A stretch of DNA of 63,997 bases, counting the filler, from an uncultured bacterium (lineage in GTDB: Bacteria; CAYJOG01): the NCBI GenBank assembly GCA_964371695.1. It is 7 parts of 7 records of this genome, joined end to end, with 100 filler letters (N's around TTAATTAATTAA, not from the genome) between each part and the next. Parts side by side here need not be neighbours in the genome. Positions count along the whole stretch, not along the records: positions 29,615 to 39,219 come from CAYJOG010000069.1; positions 39,320 to 48,865 come from CAYJOG010000070.1; 5 more parts are not named here. One strand, 5' to 3'. Shown here piece after piece: positions 33,865-45,230 of the stretch. A program made the translations under genes and the position numbers. A model generated the notes under the pieces. The model ran no database searches. It had not been told where the DNA came from and saw nothing but the letters and a program-made list of their open reading frames with translations. Positions within the stretch are counted from its first letter, which is position 1; each line of letters opens with the position of its first letter.

Positions 33865-35745
33865 TCAGTCAATCAGCATGTGCAGGGGAGTGCCAGCGGC
33901 CACAGCCACTTCCACTTCCCGTTCTTCAAAGTGCATTTTTTCCATCTTGAAAGCATCGGTGGGGCAGGTGATGGCGCACAGGCCGCAACGGATGCATTTT
34001 TCTTCATCCTTGAGCATCACGGCCATGTCGGTTTCGCCGGTGTAATCGATGTGCTCCAGAATCGCCGCCCGCATGTCATCGGGAATATCCAGGTCTTCGG
34101 GGGGGCAGAACTTGAGGCAATAGGTGGGGCACACTTCCGTACACATGCCGCACTCCACACACAACCCGCCTTCAAACACCGGGAAGGTGTGGCAATAGAG
34201 ACAGCGCTTGGCCTGGGCCACGGCTTCGTCTTCGGTGTAGATGTGTTCGATGGCCTTGCTCAGGTCGCGCCGCGAGAGGTCTTCGGCGTGGGGCGTGAAG
34301 CGGTCGGCCTTTTCATAATCCTCGTGCATTTCGTAGGTGTCGGTGGGCAGCACTTCCACTTCCAGGTGAAACACCTTTTGTTTGCGCACGCTGCGGATCA
34401 TCGCGTCGATGGCGCGGGCGGCGGCGTGGCCGCTCATGGCGGCGTCAATGAAAATGCGCGGCCCCAGGGCCACATCGCCACCGGCGAAAATTTTGTCTTT
34501 CACCACAAAGGTCTTGCTGTCGGCCTTGAGCAGGCCCCGCTGGGCCTCAATGCCGCTGTCGGCGCTGAGAAAGCTGAAATCCGCCGCCTGACCCACGGCG
34601 AAGATCACGTTGTCGCATTCAATCACCAGTTTGTCGTTGACATCGTATTTGGGGTTGAAGCGTTTCTGCTCGTCAAGGATGGACACGCAGCGGTGAAACT
34701 CCACCGCCTTCACGCGGCCGTTTTCGCCGATTACCCGCTGGGGGCCGTATTCCGGGTGAATGTGAACACCTTCTTCGATGACTTCCTCAAACTCTTCGCG
34801 CCCCTGCCAGCTTCGGCGGGCGGGCATGTCGGCAAATGACTCGATCATGCACATGTGGACCTCTTTGGCCCCGATGCGCCAACTGGTTTGCGAGGCGTCC
34901 ACACCCACCAGACCGCCCCCCAGCACCACCACGCGCTCACCAATCACGGGCCGGTTGCCGCGCCACACCTGACGCAGAAAATCCATGGCCTGATACACCC
35001 CCGACAGGTCATGGCCTGGAATGGGAATCTTGCGGCCCATCTGCAAACCGATGGCCACAAAAATGGCGTCGAACTTTTCGTTCAGCTCCATGAAAGTGAT
35101 GTCGCGCCCCACCTCGGTGTTGAAATGGGCCTTCACGCCCAGGTCCAGCACCGCGCCAAATTCCTTTTCAATCAGGGTGCGGGGAATGCGGTATTCCGGC
35201 ACGCCGTAGCGCATGAGACCGCCGCTGGCGGCTTCGCTCTCGAAAATCTCCACCTGATAACCCAGCAGGGCCAGGTCCTGGGCGGCGGTGATGCCCGCCG
35301 CGCCGCAGCCGATGATGGCCACCTTTTTGTCTTTGGTTTTCTCCCGCACCTGAGGCTCGTGACCCTTTTGCGACAGATAACTGGCGTCCCACACTGTTTT
35401 ACTGCCGCTGGTGGGCACTGTGCCCTCAAACAGTGACCCCACCTGGGCCTGACTGCCCGACTCCGGGCCGTAACGCTCGGTGAGGAACCGCTTGAGCGCC
35501 CGAATGGAAATGGGGGCGTCAATGCGGCCCCGGCGGCACATGTCCTCGCAGGGGGCGGCGCACACGCGGCCACAGGCCGAGGAAATGGGGTTGGGGTCGC
35601 GGGCGACGTAATAGGCTTCTTCGTATTGTCGGTCGGCGATGAGCTGCACGTATTTGCCGCAGTCGGTGGTCACCGGGCAGTGGCCCACACAGGGCACGGC
35701 GGTGCGAAACCACTGGGCAATCTGGGAAGTCGCCTTGAAACTCAT
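33865..35745 (-). CDS. FAD/NAD(P)-dependent Fe-S oxidoreductase (GltD/SudA-like) with C-terminal 2x[4Fe-4S] ferredoxin
   Basis: PCVGHCP, CGRVCAAPCEDMCRR, IIGCGAAG, VLGGGLVGVD, FAGGD, RCLYC, CVECGMCTEVCP, CIRCGLCAITCP. Confidence 0.92.
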   Translation of the reverse strand: MSFKATSQIAQWFRTAVPCVGHCPVTTDCGKYVQLIADRQYEEAYYVARDPNPISSACGRVCAAPCEDMCRRGRIDAPISIRALKRFLTERYGPESGSQAQVGSLFEGTVPTSGSKTVWDASYLSQKGHEPQVREKTKDKKVAIIGCGAAGITAAQDLALLGYQVEIFESEAASGGLMRYGVPEYRIPRTLIEKEFGAVLDLGVKAHFNTEVGRDITFMELNEKFDAIFVAIGLQMGRKIPIPGHDLSGVYQAMDFLRQVWRGNRPVIGERVVVLGGGLVGVDASQTSWRIGAKEVHMCMIESFADMPARRSWQGREEFEEVIEEGVHIHPEYGPQRVIGENGRVKAVEFHRCVSILDEQKRFNPKYDVNDKLVIECDNVIFAVGQAADFSFLSADSGIEAQRGLLKADSKTFVVKDKIFAGGDVALGPRIFIDAAMSGHAAARAIDAMIRSVRKQKVFHLEVEVLPTDTYEMHEDYEKADRFTPHAEDLSRRDLSKAIEHIYTEDEAVAQAKRCLYCHTFPVFEGGLCVECGMCTEVCPTYCLKFCPPEDLDIPDDMRAAILEHIDYTGETDMAVMLKDEEKCIRCGLCAITCPTDAFKMEKMHFEEREVEVAVAAGTPLHMLID

Positions 35746-35889
35746 GACATGGTCCCCCTGAAAAATGATTTGGGGCATCTTACGGGGCTAGGGCGCTGGC
35801 ACGAACAAATCAAAAGGTTTTCCTCCCTTTTTACAACCGCCAGAGTCTAATAAGCCCCATGGTGAAATCAAGCTCTACTTTGTCTGAAA

Positions 35890-36717
35890 TCAGACGGGGC
35901 TGAGTTGGGTCATAAAACTGGCGGTGGAGGCGCTCAGGGACTTGATCCAGGCGGGGTCACGTTTTTGCACCGCCTGAAACTCGGTGTCGTAGGCATAGGG
36001 GATGTTGGGAAAGTCCGTGCCGAAAAGGATTTTTTCCGGGCAGGCTTCCAGCGCGGCGAAACGCTCCGGCCCCGCCATGAGGAAATCCCCCACCGCCATG
36101 GCCGTGTCGGCGTAGAGGTTCGGATAATCCTTCAGAAGCGGAATCAGGCCCTGAAACTCCCCCGCCCCCAGGTGGGGCACCACTATTTTCAGGTCGCCAA
36201 AACGCTTCAGCACAGGTTCCAGACGATGCAGACCGCTCACCGCGTCGGTGTCCACCCTATAAGCAGGCGAGCGGGGCTCCGTGCCACAATGAAAAAGAAT
36301 GGCCTTGCCCGCAGCCTGGGCCACTTCGTATAAAGGAAAGAAACGTTCATCGTCCGGCGCGGCCCCCTGCACGTGGGCGTGCAGCTTCACCCCCGCAAAA
36401 CCCGGCTGGCCCAGCAGCGCCTCGGCCCGCTGGGCAGGGTTTTCGTCGTCCTGGTGAAACGCGCCGAAATAAAGATGCTGGGGATATTTCTGCATCAGGG
36501 CGCGGGTCCACTGGTTGAGCCAGTCGGCCATGCCGGGTTTGTGGGCATAGTTCAGCACCATGGCCCGCTCCACCCCCTGTTTTTCCAGAAACCCCAGCAC
36601 ATCGTCGGCATACCAGGGATATTCGATTTCCCAGGCGTGGGCGCGAAACCACCGCCAGAGGGCCTCAAACACCTCTGGCGGAAAACAATGCACGTGGCTG
36701 TCAAAGGGAATCAGCAT
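35890..36717 (-). CDS. Amidohydrolase family protein
   Basis: DSHVH, GVKLH, LFHCG, VPHLG, ILFGTDFP. Confidence 0.88.
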   Translation of the reverse strand: MLIPFDSHVHCFPPEVFEALWRWFRAHAWEIEYPWYADDVLGFLEKQGVERAMVLNYAHKPGMADWLNQWTRALMQKYPQHLYFGAFHQDDENPAQRAEALLGQPGFAGVKLHAHVQGAAPDDERFFPLYEVAQAAGKAILFHCGTEPRSPAYRVDTDAVSGLHRLEPVLKRFGDLKIVVPHLGAGEFQGLIPLLKDYPNLYADTAMAVGDFLMAGPERFAALEACPEKILFGTDFPNIPYAYDTEFQAVQKRDPAWIKSLSASTASFMTQLSPV

Positions 36718-36925
36718 GGGTTTCAGATTAACGCAAGCCTGTGGCCAAGGACTGGAAGCAAAAAGCTGGAAGGTGGAAAAGAAAAAAATTTACTGTCCGC
36801 CGTCATTAACCCGTTGGGGGGGATTACGGGGGGGGCTTTTTCCTTTTCCAACCGCAAACCGACAACCGCCAACCGCCTCTCCCTGCTTCCGACTTCCATT
36901 TTTTGCCGATACACTCCCCCGCCTG

Positions 36926-37942
36926 ATGACGCACGGGAACACACAACTGGTTCTGGACCGGCTGAGGCAGCAGGGTCTGGACAATGAAACCCCCTCGAGA
37001 GAGGACCTGCTGGCGGTGCTGGCGCTGGAACAGACCCACTTCCCGGCCCTGCTTTCTGCCGCCAGCGCCGTGCGGCAGCACCACCACGGCCTGGACGTGA
37101 AAGTGCATGTGCTGAGCAACGCCAAAAGCGGTGCGTGCCCCGAAGACTGTGGTTTTTGCAGCCAGAGCGCCCACCACAACAGCGACATTCCCCTTTATCG
37201 CCTGAAAACAGTAGACCAGTTGGTGGCCGAGGCCAAAGAGGCCCATCAGGCCGGGGCCTTCAAGTTCTGCATGGTCACCGCCACCCGCCAACCCCACGAA
37301 AAAGACCTGGAAACCTTTACCGAGGCGGCGCGGCGCATCAAGGCCGAGGTGCCCATCACACTGTGCGCCAGCCTGGGGTTTCTCACCGCCGAAAAAGCCC
37401 GTGCGCTGAAAGAAGCCGGTATCGACCGCTACAACCACAACCTGGAAACCAGCCGGGAGAACTTTCCCACCGTGGTGCGCACCCATGGTTTTGACGACCG
37501 GGTGAACACGGTGAAAACCGCCCGCGACGCAGGCATGGAAGCCTGCTGCGGCCTGATTGTGGGCCTGGGCGAAGACCACGCGGGGCGGGTGGAACTGGCG
37601 CTCACCCTGCGGGAGCTGGGGGTGGAGTCGGCGCCCGTGAACTTCCTCAACAGCCGCCCCGGCACCCCGCTGGAACACCTGCCCAATCCCACCCCCTGGG
37701 AGTCGTTCAAAACCCTCGCCATGTGCCGGTTTGCCCTACCAGATCGCGACCTGCGGGCCGCCGGAGGCCGTGAAGTGTGCCTGAAACACCTGCAGGCCCC
37801 CGCCATGTTTGTGGCCAACAGCCTGTTTGCGGGGGGATACCTCACCACCGGCGGCCTGGCCCCCGACGACACCCTGGTCATGCTTCAGGAACTGGGCATG
37901 AACATCATTCAGGCCGAACCAGTGCCCATGATGATGGCCTGA
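36926..37942 (+). CDS. bioB: Biotin synthase
   Basis: KSGACPEDCGFCSQS, CASLG, YNHNLET, GTPL, RAAGGRE, ANSLF.G.YLTT. Confidence 0.96.
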   Translation: MTHGNTQLVLDRLRQQGLDNETPSREDLLAVLALEQTHFPALLSAASAVRQHHHGLDVKVHVLSNAKSGACPEDCGFCSQSAHHNSDIPLYRLKTVDQLVAEAKEAHQAGAFKFCMVTATRQPHEKDLETFTEAARRIKAEVPITLCASLGFLTAEKARALKEAGIDRYNHNLETSRENFPTVVRTHGFDDRVNTVKTARDAGMEACCGLIVGLGEDHAGRVELALTLRELGVESAPVNFLNSRPGTPLEHLPNPTPWESFKTLAMCRFALPDRDLRAAGGREVCLKHLQAPAMFVANSLFAGGYLTTGGLAPDDTLVMLQELGMNIIQAEPVPMMMA

Positions 37943-37949
37943 CCGGTCC

Positions 37950-39219
37950 TTACCCGGTGCCATCCTTCAGCATCAGCAGCCGCTGGATGCGTTGGCGCGC
38001 CACGCTTTCCACCACAAACCGGTAACCGCCTTCGGTGTATTCCTCACCCGGCGCGGGCAGGTGGCCGATGCGCCCGCTGAGCCAGCCCCCCACGGTGTCG
38101 TAATCCTCCAGGTCTTCTTCTTTCACCAGATCACACTGGGTGGCGAAAGTCTCCAGCGGAAACACGGCCTGAAACCGCACCTGCCCCCCCGCCAGTTTCA
38201 CCATGCGGGGTTTCACCACGTCGTGTTCGTCAAAAATCTCGCCCACGATTTCTTCCAGCACGTCTTCCAGCGTCAGCAGCCCCACGGTGCCGCCATATTC
38301 ATCCACCACCACAGCCAGTTGCAGATTGCGGTTGCGAAACTCCTTCAGCAGGTCCAGCACCTTTTTGGTTTCGGGAATCAGGTAGACGCCCCGGCGCATG
38401 ATCTGGCTCACGGGATTATCCAGGTCCAGGTTTTTTTCACCCAGCAGGTCTTTGGCATAAAGCACACCCACCATGTGGTCAATTGTGTCCTGCACAACCG
38501 GCAGACGGGAGACGCCGTGTTCGGTAAACAACGCCACGGCCCGGCGCAGGGGCATGTCCGCCGCCACGGTGCGCATGTTGATGCGCGGCACCATGATGTC
38601 TTCGGCCTCTACCTCGCTGGAGGCAAAAATGTTTTTGAGCACCTTCACGTCCTGCTCGGCAAAGCTGCCCTCGCGGTGGCCCATTTCCATCATGTGAATC
38701 AGGTCTTCTTCGCTCACCAAACTGGCCTCGCTGAACATGGCGTGCCCGCCTTTGCCCATGAGCAGGCGCGGGATGGCCACGATGGGCGTGATGGGCCAGC
38801 GCAGCAGGGCCACCAGCCGGTTCACCAGCCGCCCGACCCGCCGCAGCAGGCGCTCAAAGTGATAGGTGCCATACATCTTGGGCATGAGTTCCAGAATCAG
38901 GAACGCCCCCAGGGCAATGACAAGGGTGATGAGCAGGGTGGCAAGCCCCTCGCCCCTTTCGCCTGACGTGCGCAGGTTGCCGATCACCGTGTAATGCACC
39001 AGCAGCGCCGCACCAAAAGAGCTGACCAGCATGTGCGCCAGGGTGTTCATGCCAAGCAGGGTGGCGTAGAGATGCTCCGGGTTTTCCTTGAGCTTGCGCA
39101 GAGGCGTCCACAGTTGAGGCTCCTGGGTCTCATGTTTGAGCAAACGCCCCATGCTCACGTTGATGAAGGCGCTTTCGGCGGCGCTGGCAAAAATGGACAT
39201 GACCACACCAGCCCAAAAC
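37950..39219 (-). CDS. CNNM/HlyC-CorC family CBS-domain membrane protein, 5'-truncated
   Basis: SAAESA, ELMPK, IMVPR, SRLPV, VVDEYGGTVGLLTLEDVLEEIVGEIFDEHD. Confidence 0.93.
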
Positions 39220-39319
39220 NNNNNNNNNNNNNNNNNNNNNNNNNNNNNNNNNNNNNNNNNNNNTTAATTAATTAANNNNNNNNNNNNNNNNNNNNNNNNN
39301 NNNNNNNNNNNNNNNNNNN

Positions 39320-40081
39320 GGAGAGGGCCTCGCGCATTTCGCGGATTGTCTGGATCACCACCTGGGTCTGGCGGACGTGCTGCGACTGGATCACGTGATG
39401 AGTCTGCAACGGCTGTATTGGGTGCCCGACGGCCTGAGCGCCAGACAGGGGGTGTACGTGGCCTCTCCCCTGCGGGCGCTCACGGCGCTGGTGTGCCTGA
39501 AGGCTGCTCAGCACAACGCGGCGGTGGTGGGCGAAAACCTGGGCACCGTCACCCGGCGCATCAACCATGCGCTGGTGCGCCACCGGCTTTACCGGTCCTA
39601 TGTATTGCCCTTTGAACAGCAGGATGAACCGGGCCAGGTCTTCAGAAAACCCGCCGCCGACATGGCCGCCAGCCTGAACACCCATGACATGCCGCCCCTG
39701 CGTGGTTATATTGAAAATGTGGATGCCGTCATTCTCAAAGAGGCCGGTTTTTTTGACGAATCGCGGGTGAAAGAAATGGCGGCGCAGCGCAGCGGTTTTG
39801 CCCGTGCGTTGTCTGGGTTGCCGGGTGCGCCTGTGGCCGAAACCGCAGCGGCGGGCCGTCTGCTGAGTCAGGGTCTGGTCTTTTTGTCGGCCAGTCCGGC
39901 CCCGTTGGTGCTGGTGGGGGCCGAAGACCTGTGGCTGGGCCGCGACCCCCAGAACATGCCGGGGCTGGGGGCGGGTCAGTTCCCCTCGTGGCGGCGGCGT
40001 TTTCCGGTGGACCTCGCCGGTCTGTTGCAGCACCCGCGCCTGAAAAGCCTGGGAGAAATGTTTGGTCGTCATGGCCGCTGA
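39320..40081 (+). CDS. malQ: 4-alpha-glucanotransferase (GH77), C-terminal part
   Basis: [32 protein letters not shown]. Confidence 0.9.
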   Translation, partial: GEGLAHFADCLDHHLGLADVLRLDHVMSLQRLYWVPDGLSARQGVYVASPLRALTALVCLKAAQHNAAVVGENLGTVTRRINHALVRHRLYRSYVLPFEQQDEPGQVFRKPAADMAASLNTHDMPPLRGYIENVDAVILKEAGFFDESRVKEMAAQRSGFARALSGLPGAPVAETAAAGRLLSQGLVFLSASPAPLVLVGAEDLWLGRDPQNMPGLGAGQFPSWRRRFPVDLAGLLQHPRLKSLGEMFGRHGR

Positions 40082-42184
40082 TCCCCCCCCAAAAACACCC
40101 CAGCGCCGGGCGAAAAAAAGTGAACCGGCCAAGACCGCGCCTGCAGGTGATGTTAAAAAAGCTGCTGCCCAAAAGCCCGTGGCCAAATCAAAACCCAAAA
40201 CGCCTGCGGCCAAAACAACGGTGGCCAAAACCGCGACCGTCAAAAAAGCTGCCCCTCGTCGCGCCACGGCCCCCCGCCGCACGGCGGTGCTGCCCGCCAC
40301 GCTGCTGACGGACTTTGACCTCTACCTGTTCAACGAGGGCACCCATTTTGAGCTTTACAAAAAAATGGGCGCGCACCCCGGCATGGTGGAGGGCCAGGCG
40401 GGGGTGTTCTTTGCCCTGTGGGCTCCCAACGCNNNNNNNNNNTGGGGGATTTTAATGACTGGTGTGAAGACACCCACCGCCTGTTTCCCCAAAAGTCATC
40501 TGGCGTCTTTGCCGGTTTTGTGGTGGGGGCCAAGGTGGGGGACCTCTACAAATACGTCCTCACCATCCATGGCCAGCAGCGGCAGCACAAGGCCGACCCC
40601 TTCGGGTTTTATTTTGAGACGCCGCCCCGCACCGCCTCGGTGGTGTGGCAAAGCGAATACCGGTGGAACGACAAAAAATGGATGACCCGGCAGGCGGACC
40701 ACAACGCGCTCTGCGCCCCCATGTCGGTGTATGAAGTACACCTCGGCTCGTGGCGGCGCAAACAGGACGGTGGCTGGCTGAGTTATCAGGAAATCGCCGG
40801 GCCACTGGCCGCCCACGTGCTGGAAATGGGATTCACCCACGTGCAGTTTCTGCCGGTGATGGAGCACCCTTTTTATGGCTCCTGGGGTTATCAGACCACC
40901 GGTTATTTCGCCCCCACAAGCCGCTATGGCACACCCGATGATTTTCGCTTTTTGGTGGACACGCTGCACCAGCAGGGCATCGGTGTGCTGCTGGACTGGG
41001 TGCCGTCGCATTTTCCCAACGACGCCCACGCCCTGGCGTGGTTTGATGGCACCCACCTGTTTGAACACGCCGACCCCCGCCTGGGTTTTCACCCCGACTG
41101 GAAAAGCTGCATCTTCAACTATGGCCGCCACGAGGTGAAAAGTTTTCTGGGTTCCAGCGCCCGGCTGTGGCTGGACCAGTTTCATGCCGATGGATTAAGA
41201 GTGGACGCCGTGGCCAGCATGTTGTACCTCAACTACTCCCGCGAAGAAGGGGCGTGGCTGCCCAACCGTCACGGCGGCATCGAAAATCTTGAAGCCATTG
41301 ATTTTCTCAAACAGCTCAACGAGAACGTCTACCTGTCTCACCCCGGCGTGCAGACCATCGCCGAGGAATCCACCGCCTGGCCGGGGGTGTCGCGCCCCAC
41401 GTCGCTGGGGGGTCTGGGATTTGGCCTGAAGTGGGACATGGGTTGGATGCACGACACGCTGCTTTATCTTTCCCGCGACCCCGTTCACCGCCCCCATCAC
41501 CACCACGATCTCACCTTTCGCCAGCTCTATGCCCTGAACGAAAACTTCATGCTGCCGCTTTCTCACGACGAAGTGGTGCATGGTAAAGGCTCACTCCTGG
41601 GGCGGATTCACGGCGACGACTGGCAGAAGTTTGCCCAGTTGCGCCTGCTGCTGGGGCAGATGATGGCCCAGCCCGGCAAAAAACTGTTGTTCATGGGCAC
41701 GGAACTTGCTCCATGGGAGGAGTGGCAGCACGAAACCTCACTGCCCTGGCATCTGCTGGAATACGCCCCGCACCAGGGGGTGCGCCGGTGGCTGCAAGAC
41801 CTGCTGCACCTGCTGCGGCACGAAAAATCGCTTTACGAAAACGATTTTTCGCCCGAAGGGTTTTCCTGGATGAGCTATGAAGATGCCCCCAGCAGTGTGC
41901 TGGCGTGGGTGCGCCGCGCCAAAGACCCCGCCGACCAGTTGCTGGCGGTGGCCCATTACACGCCGGTGGTGCGCGAGGAATATCCCGTGCCCGTGCCGGT
42001 GGGCGGCGCGTGGCGCGAGGTGCTCAACAGCGACGCCGCCGACTATGGCGGCAGCGCCGTGGGCAACCTGGGGCGCGTGATCGCGGTGGACGAAGCCTGG
42101 GGCGGCCAGCCGGCCCATCTGAAACTGCGCCTGCCCCCCCTGGGCTTTTTGCTGCTGAGGCCAGAGGAAGCGGGCAGGCCATGA
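40071..42184 (+). CDS. glgB: 1,4-alpha-glucan branching enzyme (frame broken by the gap at 40433-40442)
   Basis: [54 protein letters not shown]. Confidence 0.96.
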
Positions 42185-44601
42185 ACCGCTACGTCTGCAT
42201 ACACGGCCATTTTTATCAGCCCCCCCGCGAAAACGCCTGGCTGGAGCAGGTGGAATATCAAACCAGCGCCGCGCCCTATCACGACTGGAACGAACGCATC
42301 ACCGACGAGTGTTACGCCCCCAACATCGCTGCGCGCACCATCAACAACGAAGGCCGCATCATCAACATCGCCAACAACTTTCGCAGCATCAGTTTCAATG
42401 TCGGCCCCACGCTGCTCAGTTGGATGCGCGCTTACGCGCCCGATGTCTACGACGCCATTCGCCAAGCCGACGCCGACAGCGTTACGGTTTTTTCCGGCCA
42501 CGGCAACGCCATGGCGCAGGCCTACAGCCATCTCATCATGCCCCTGGCCTCGCGGCGCGACAAAGAGACCCAGGTGGCCTGGGGCATTGCCGATTTCCGT
42601 TTTCATTTTGGCCGTGAGCCAGAGGGCATGTGGCTGCCCGAAACCGCCGTGGACCTGGAGAGTCTGGACCTGATGGCCGAGCAGGGCATCAAGTTCACCC
42701 TGCTGGCGCCCCATCAGGCCCGGCGGGTGAAAGACGCTGCGGGCAACTGGCACGACGTGACCGCCAGCACGCTGGACACCACCCGGCCCTATTGTGTGCA
42801 TCTGCCCTCTGGCCGCAGCATCGCGGTTTTCTTTTATGACGCCGCCGTGGCCCACGCCGTGGCTTTTGAGCGCCTGCTGGAAAACGGCAAGGTGTTCGCC
42901 GAAAGGCTGTCCCACGCCTTTGGTCCGGCCCAGGGGCAGGAGCAGGCCGCTCTGGCCCACATCGCCACCGATGGCGAAACCTATGGTCATCACCACCGCT
43001 ATGGAGAAATGGCCCTGGCCTATGCCTTGCACCAACTCAGGGAAAACGGCCAAGTGGCCCTCACCAACTACGGTGAATTTCTGTCCCGTTTTCCGCCGGT
43101 GCTGGAGGCGGAAATTCACCCCAACACCTCGTGGAGCTGTGCCCACGGCGTGGAGCGATGGCGCAGCGATTGCGGCTGCGCCACGGGGGGGCATCACGGC
43201 TGGAACCAGGCGTGGCGCGCCGGTTTGCGCCGGGCGCTGGATGACCTGCGCGACGCCCTGGCGGTGGTGTTTGAAGAGCAGGGGGCCAAGCTGTTTCAAG
43301 ACCCCTGGGCGGCCCGCAACGATTTCATCTGTGTGTTGTTGGATCGCTCACCCGAAAACGTGACCCGTTTTCTGAAGGACCACCTGAAGACGTCGCCGGA
43401 ACAGAACGTGCGTCAGAAGGCGCTGACACTGCTGCACATGGAAAAGTTCGCCATGCTCATGTTCACCAGTTGCGCGTGGTTTTTTGAGGAACTCACCGGC
43501 GTGGAGACGCTTCAGGTGCTGCAATACGCGGCGCGGGCCATTCAGCTTTCCCATCAGCTCAACGGTTACGACCTGCGGCCCCGGTTTCTGGAACTGATGC
43601 GGGAGGTGCGCAGCAACCTGGGGCCGGATGGCCGGGAAGTGTTCGAAAAAATGGTGGAGACCGCCATGGTGGACCTGGCGCAGGTGGGGGCCCACTTCGC
43701 CATCACGTCACTTTTTGACCACAACGAGGAACTGGCCATTGTGGGCGGTTTCCGTATCCAGCGGGGGCAGGTGGAAATCCACGAGGCGGGCCGCGCCCGC
43801 CTGTTGCTGGGCAGCGCCACGGTGAGTTCCACCGCCACCGAAGAAAAGGAAGACTTCAGTTTTGGCGCGGTGCATCTGGGCGACCACAACATCCACTGTG
43901 GTGTGGAGCCTGCGGTCAACATGCGTTTTGATCCTTTACTGGTCAAGGAAATTGCCACCGCCTTTTCGCAGGGAGACCTGGCCGCCACCATTTTGCTGCT
44001 GAACAAAAACCTGGGCGAGCCCCATTACTCGCTCAAGTCCCTTTTTCGCGACGACCAGCGGCGCATTTTGCAGATGATCCTGCACAACGCGCAGGAAGAA
44101 GCCGAAACCGACATGCGGCAGGTGTATGAGGCCAACGCCCCGCTCATGCGGTTTTTGTCGGACATCAAGGTGCCCCCGCCCAAGGTGTTCCTAGCGGCGG
44201 CAGAGGTGGTGGTCAACGGCCTGCTGGACGACGCGCTGTCGGGCAAGATCGACCCACCCCGGCTGCGCATGTTGTTTGAAGAAGCCAAGGTGGTGGGTGT
44301 GCCCCTGGACCTGCCCCGGCTGGCGCTCTCACTCACGCGGAACATGAACAACATCGCCCTGGACTGGATGGACGACCCCACCAGCCTCACCACCCTCAAG
44401 CGGCTGGAGCAGGCGGTGTCGCTGAAGTCGGATCTGCCCCTGGAGATGGACCTGTGGGAAATCCAGAACCACGTTTACAACGTGTTGCAGAAGCACTATC
44501 TCCCTTTTCTGGACAAGAGCCACAAGGACGACAAAACCGCCGTGTCGTGGCTGGAGCATTTCCGCGCCCTGGCCGAGAACCTGTTTGTGCTGTTGCCGTG
44601 A
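42181..44601 (+). CDS. GH57 glycoside hydrolase with DUF3536
   Basis: [61 protein letters not shown] overlap with glgB. Confidence 0.92.
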   Translation: MNRYVCIHGHFYQPPRENAWLEQVEYQTSAAPYHDWNERITDECYAPNIAARTINNEGRIINIANNFRSISFNVGPTLLSWMRAYAPDVYDAIRQADADSVTVFSGHGNAMAQAYSHLIMPLASRRDKETQVAWGIADFRFHFGREPEGMWLPETAVDLESLDLMAEQGIKFTLLAPHQARRVKDAAGNWHDVTASTLDTTRPYCVHLPSGRSIAVFFYDAAVAHAVAFERLLENGKVFAERLSHAFGPAQGQEQAALAHIATDGETYGHHHRYGEMALAYALHQLRENGQVALTNYGEFLSRFPPVLEAEIHPNTSWSCAHGVERWRSDCGCATGGHHGWNQAWRAGLRRALDDLRDALAVVFEEQGAKLFQDPWAARNDFICVLLDRSPENVTRFLKDHLKTSPEQNVRQKALTLLHMEKFAMLMFTSCAWFFEELTGVETLQVLQYAARAIQLSHQLNGYDLRPRFLELMREVRSNLGPDGREVFEKMVETAMVDLAQVGAHFAITSLFDHNEELAIVGGFRIQRGQVEIHEAGRARLLLGSATVSSTATEEKEDFSFGAVHLGDHNIHCGVEPAVNMRFDPLLVKEIATAFSQGDLAATILLLNKNLGEPHYSLKSLFRDDQRRILQMILHNAQEEAETDMRQVYEANAPLMRFLSDIKVPPPKVFLAAAEVVVNGLLDDALSGKIDPPRLRMLFEEAKVVGVPLDLPRLALSLTRNMNNIALDWMDDPTSLTTLKRLEQAVSLKSDLPLEMDLWEIQNHVYNVLQKHYLPFLDKSHKDDKTAVSWLEHFRALAENLFVLLP

Positions 44602-44637
44602 GGGCGGTGTGGGCCGTGGATTCGGGAGGAAAAAAAC

Positions 44638-44979
44638 TTACGGAGCCTGTCTGGTTTTGCGGGTTCTGTTTTTTTGAATGGGGACTGCTTTGGATGTTGG
44701 CGGGTGGAAGGTGGGGGTGAAGTCAGACCACTGATCAACCCGAAACGCCCGAATGTCCCGCACACAAAGGCCAAACCAGGGCAAGGTTCTCAGGGCCTGC
44801 ATGGCATTGAACAGGTTGGCGAGGTCTTCTGTTTCCGTGACATACAGGCTTCCCTGTACCCAGTCAAAATCAAACCGCCTCAGCGTGTTTTTGATGTCGG
44901 CATAAGCCGTGGACACCGCCCCGGCAGGATGGTGGGTCAGCACCTCTGCCACAACCAGGTCAAACGCAATGGCGAACAT
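44638..44979 (-). CDS. vapD: VapD family (Cas2-like) ribonuclease toxin
   Basis: MFAIAFDL, AYADI, QGSLY, WF..CVRDIRAFRVDQWSDFT. Confidence 0.9.
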   Translation of the reverse strand: MFAIAFDLVVAEVLTHHPAGAVSTAYADIKNTLRRFDFDWVQGSLYVTETEDLANLFNAMQALRTLPWFGLCVRDIRAFRVDQWSDFTPTFHPPTSKAVPIQKNRTRKTRQAP

Positions 44980-45182
44980 CAGGCGGGGGGGTCTTTTTCG
45001 AACTGGTCAACGGGGTAGAGTAGTTTCTCGCCGGAATCCAGCACCCGCACCGGAACACAGGCCACACCGTCTTTTCGTGTGCGGGGTTTGCCGGTGACTT
45101 CATAGACAGGCCCCCACTGGCCAAAGCGGCGCACAGGGATTTTTTCATCCGTCAGGACATCCACTTTTAGCGCTGTTCTCAT
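44979..45182 (-). CDS. VapX/DUF5397-like antitoxin
   Basis: FGQWGPVYEV...VLDSGEKLLY....EKDP; TGATG overlap with vapD. Confidence 0.72.
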   Translation of the reverse strand: MRTALKVDVLTDEKIPVRRFGQWGPVYEVTGKPRTRKDGVACVPVRVLDSGEKLLYPVDQFEKDPPA

Positions 45183-45230
45183 GGCTTAAGTGTAAAACGC
45201 TGTTTGAGGTTCTGCAAAGATAAAGGAAGG

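Noticed and set aside
36745-36880. Short heptamer runs (AACCGCA/AACCGAC/AACCGCC; GGAAGCT-like), also at 48732-48757
   Set aside because: Only 3-4 degenerate units each; simple intergenic repeats with no further structure visible.
40071-40685. glgB split into two ORFs (possible pseudogene or programmed frameshift)
   Set aside because: The frame change coincides exactly with the 10-N gap at 40433-40442.
44638-44979. Cas2-like gene suggesting a CRISPR-Cas locus
   Set aside because: The motifs match VapD, it has a VapX-like partner, and no other cas genes or repeat-spacer array occur in the window.
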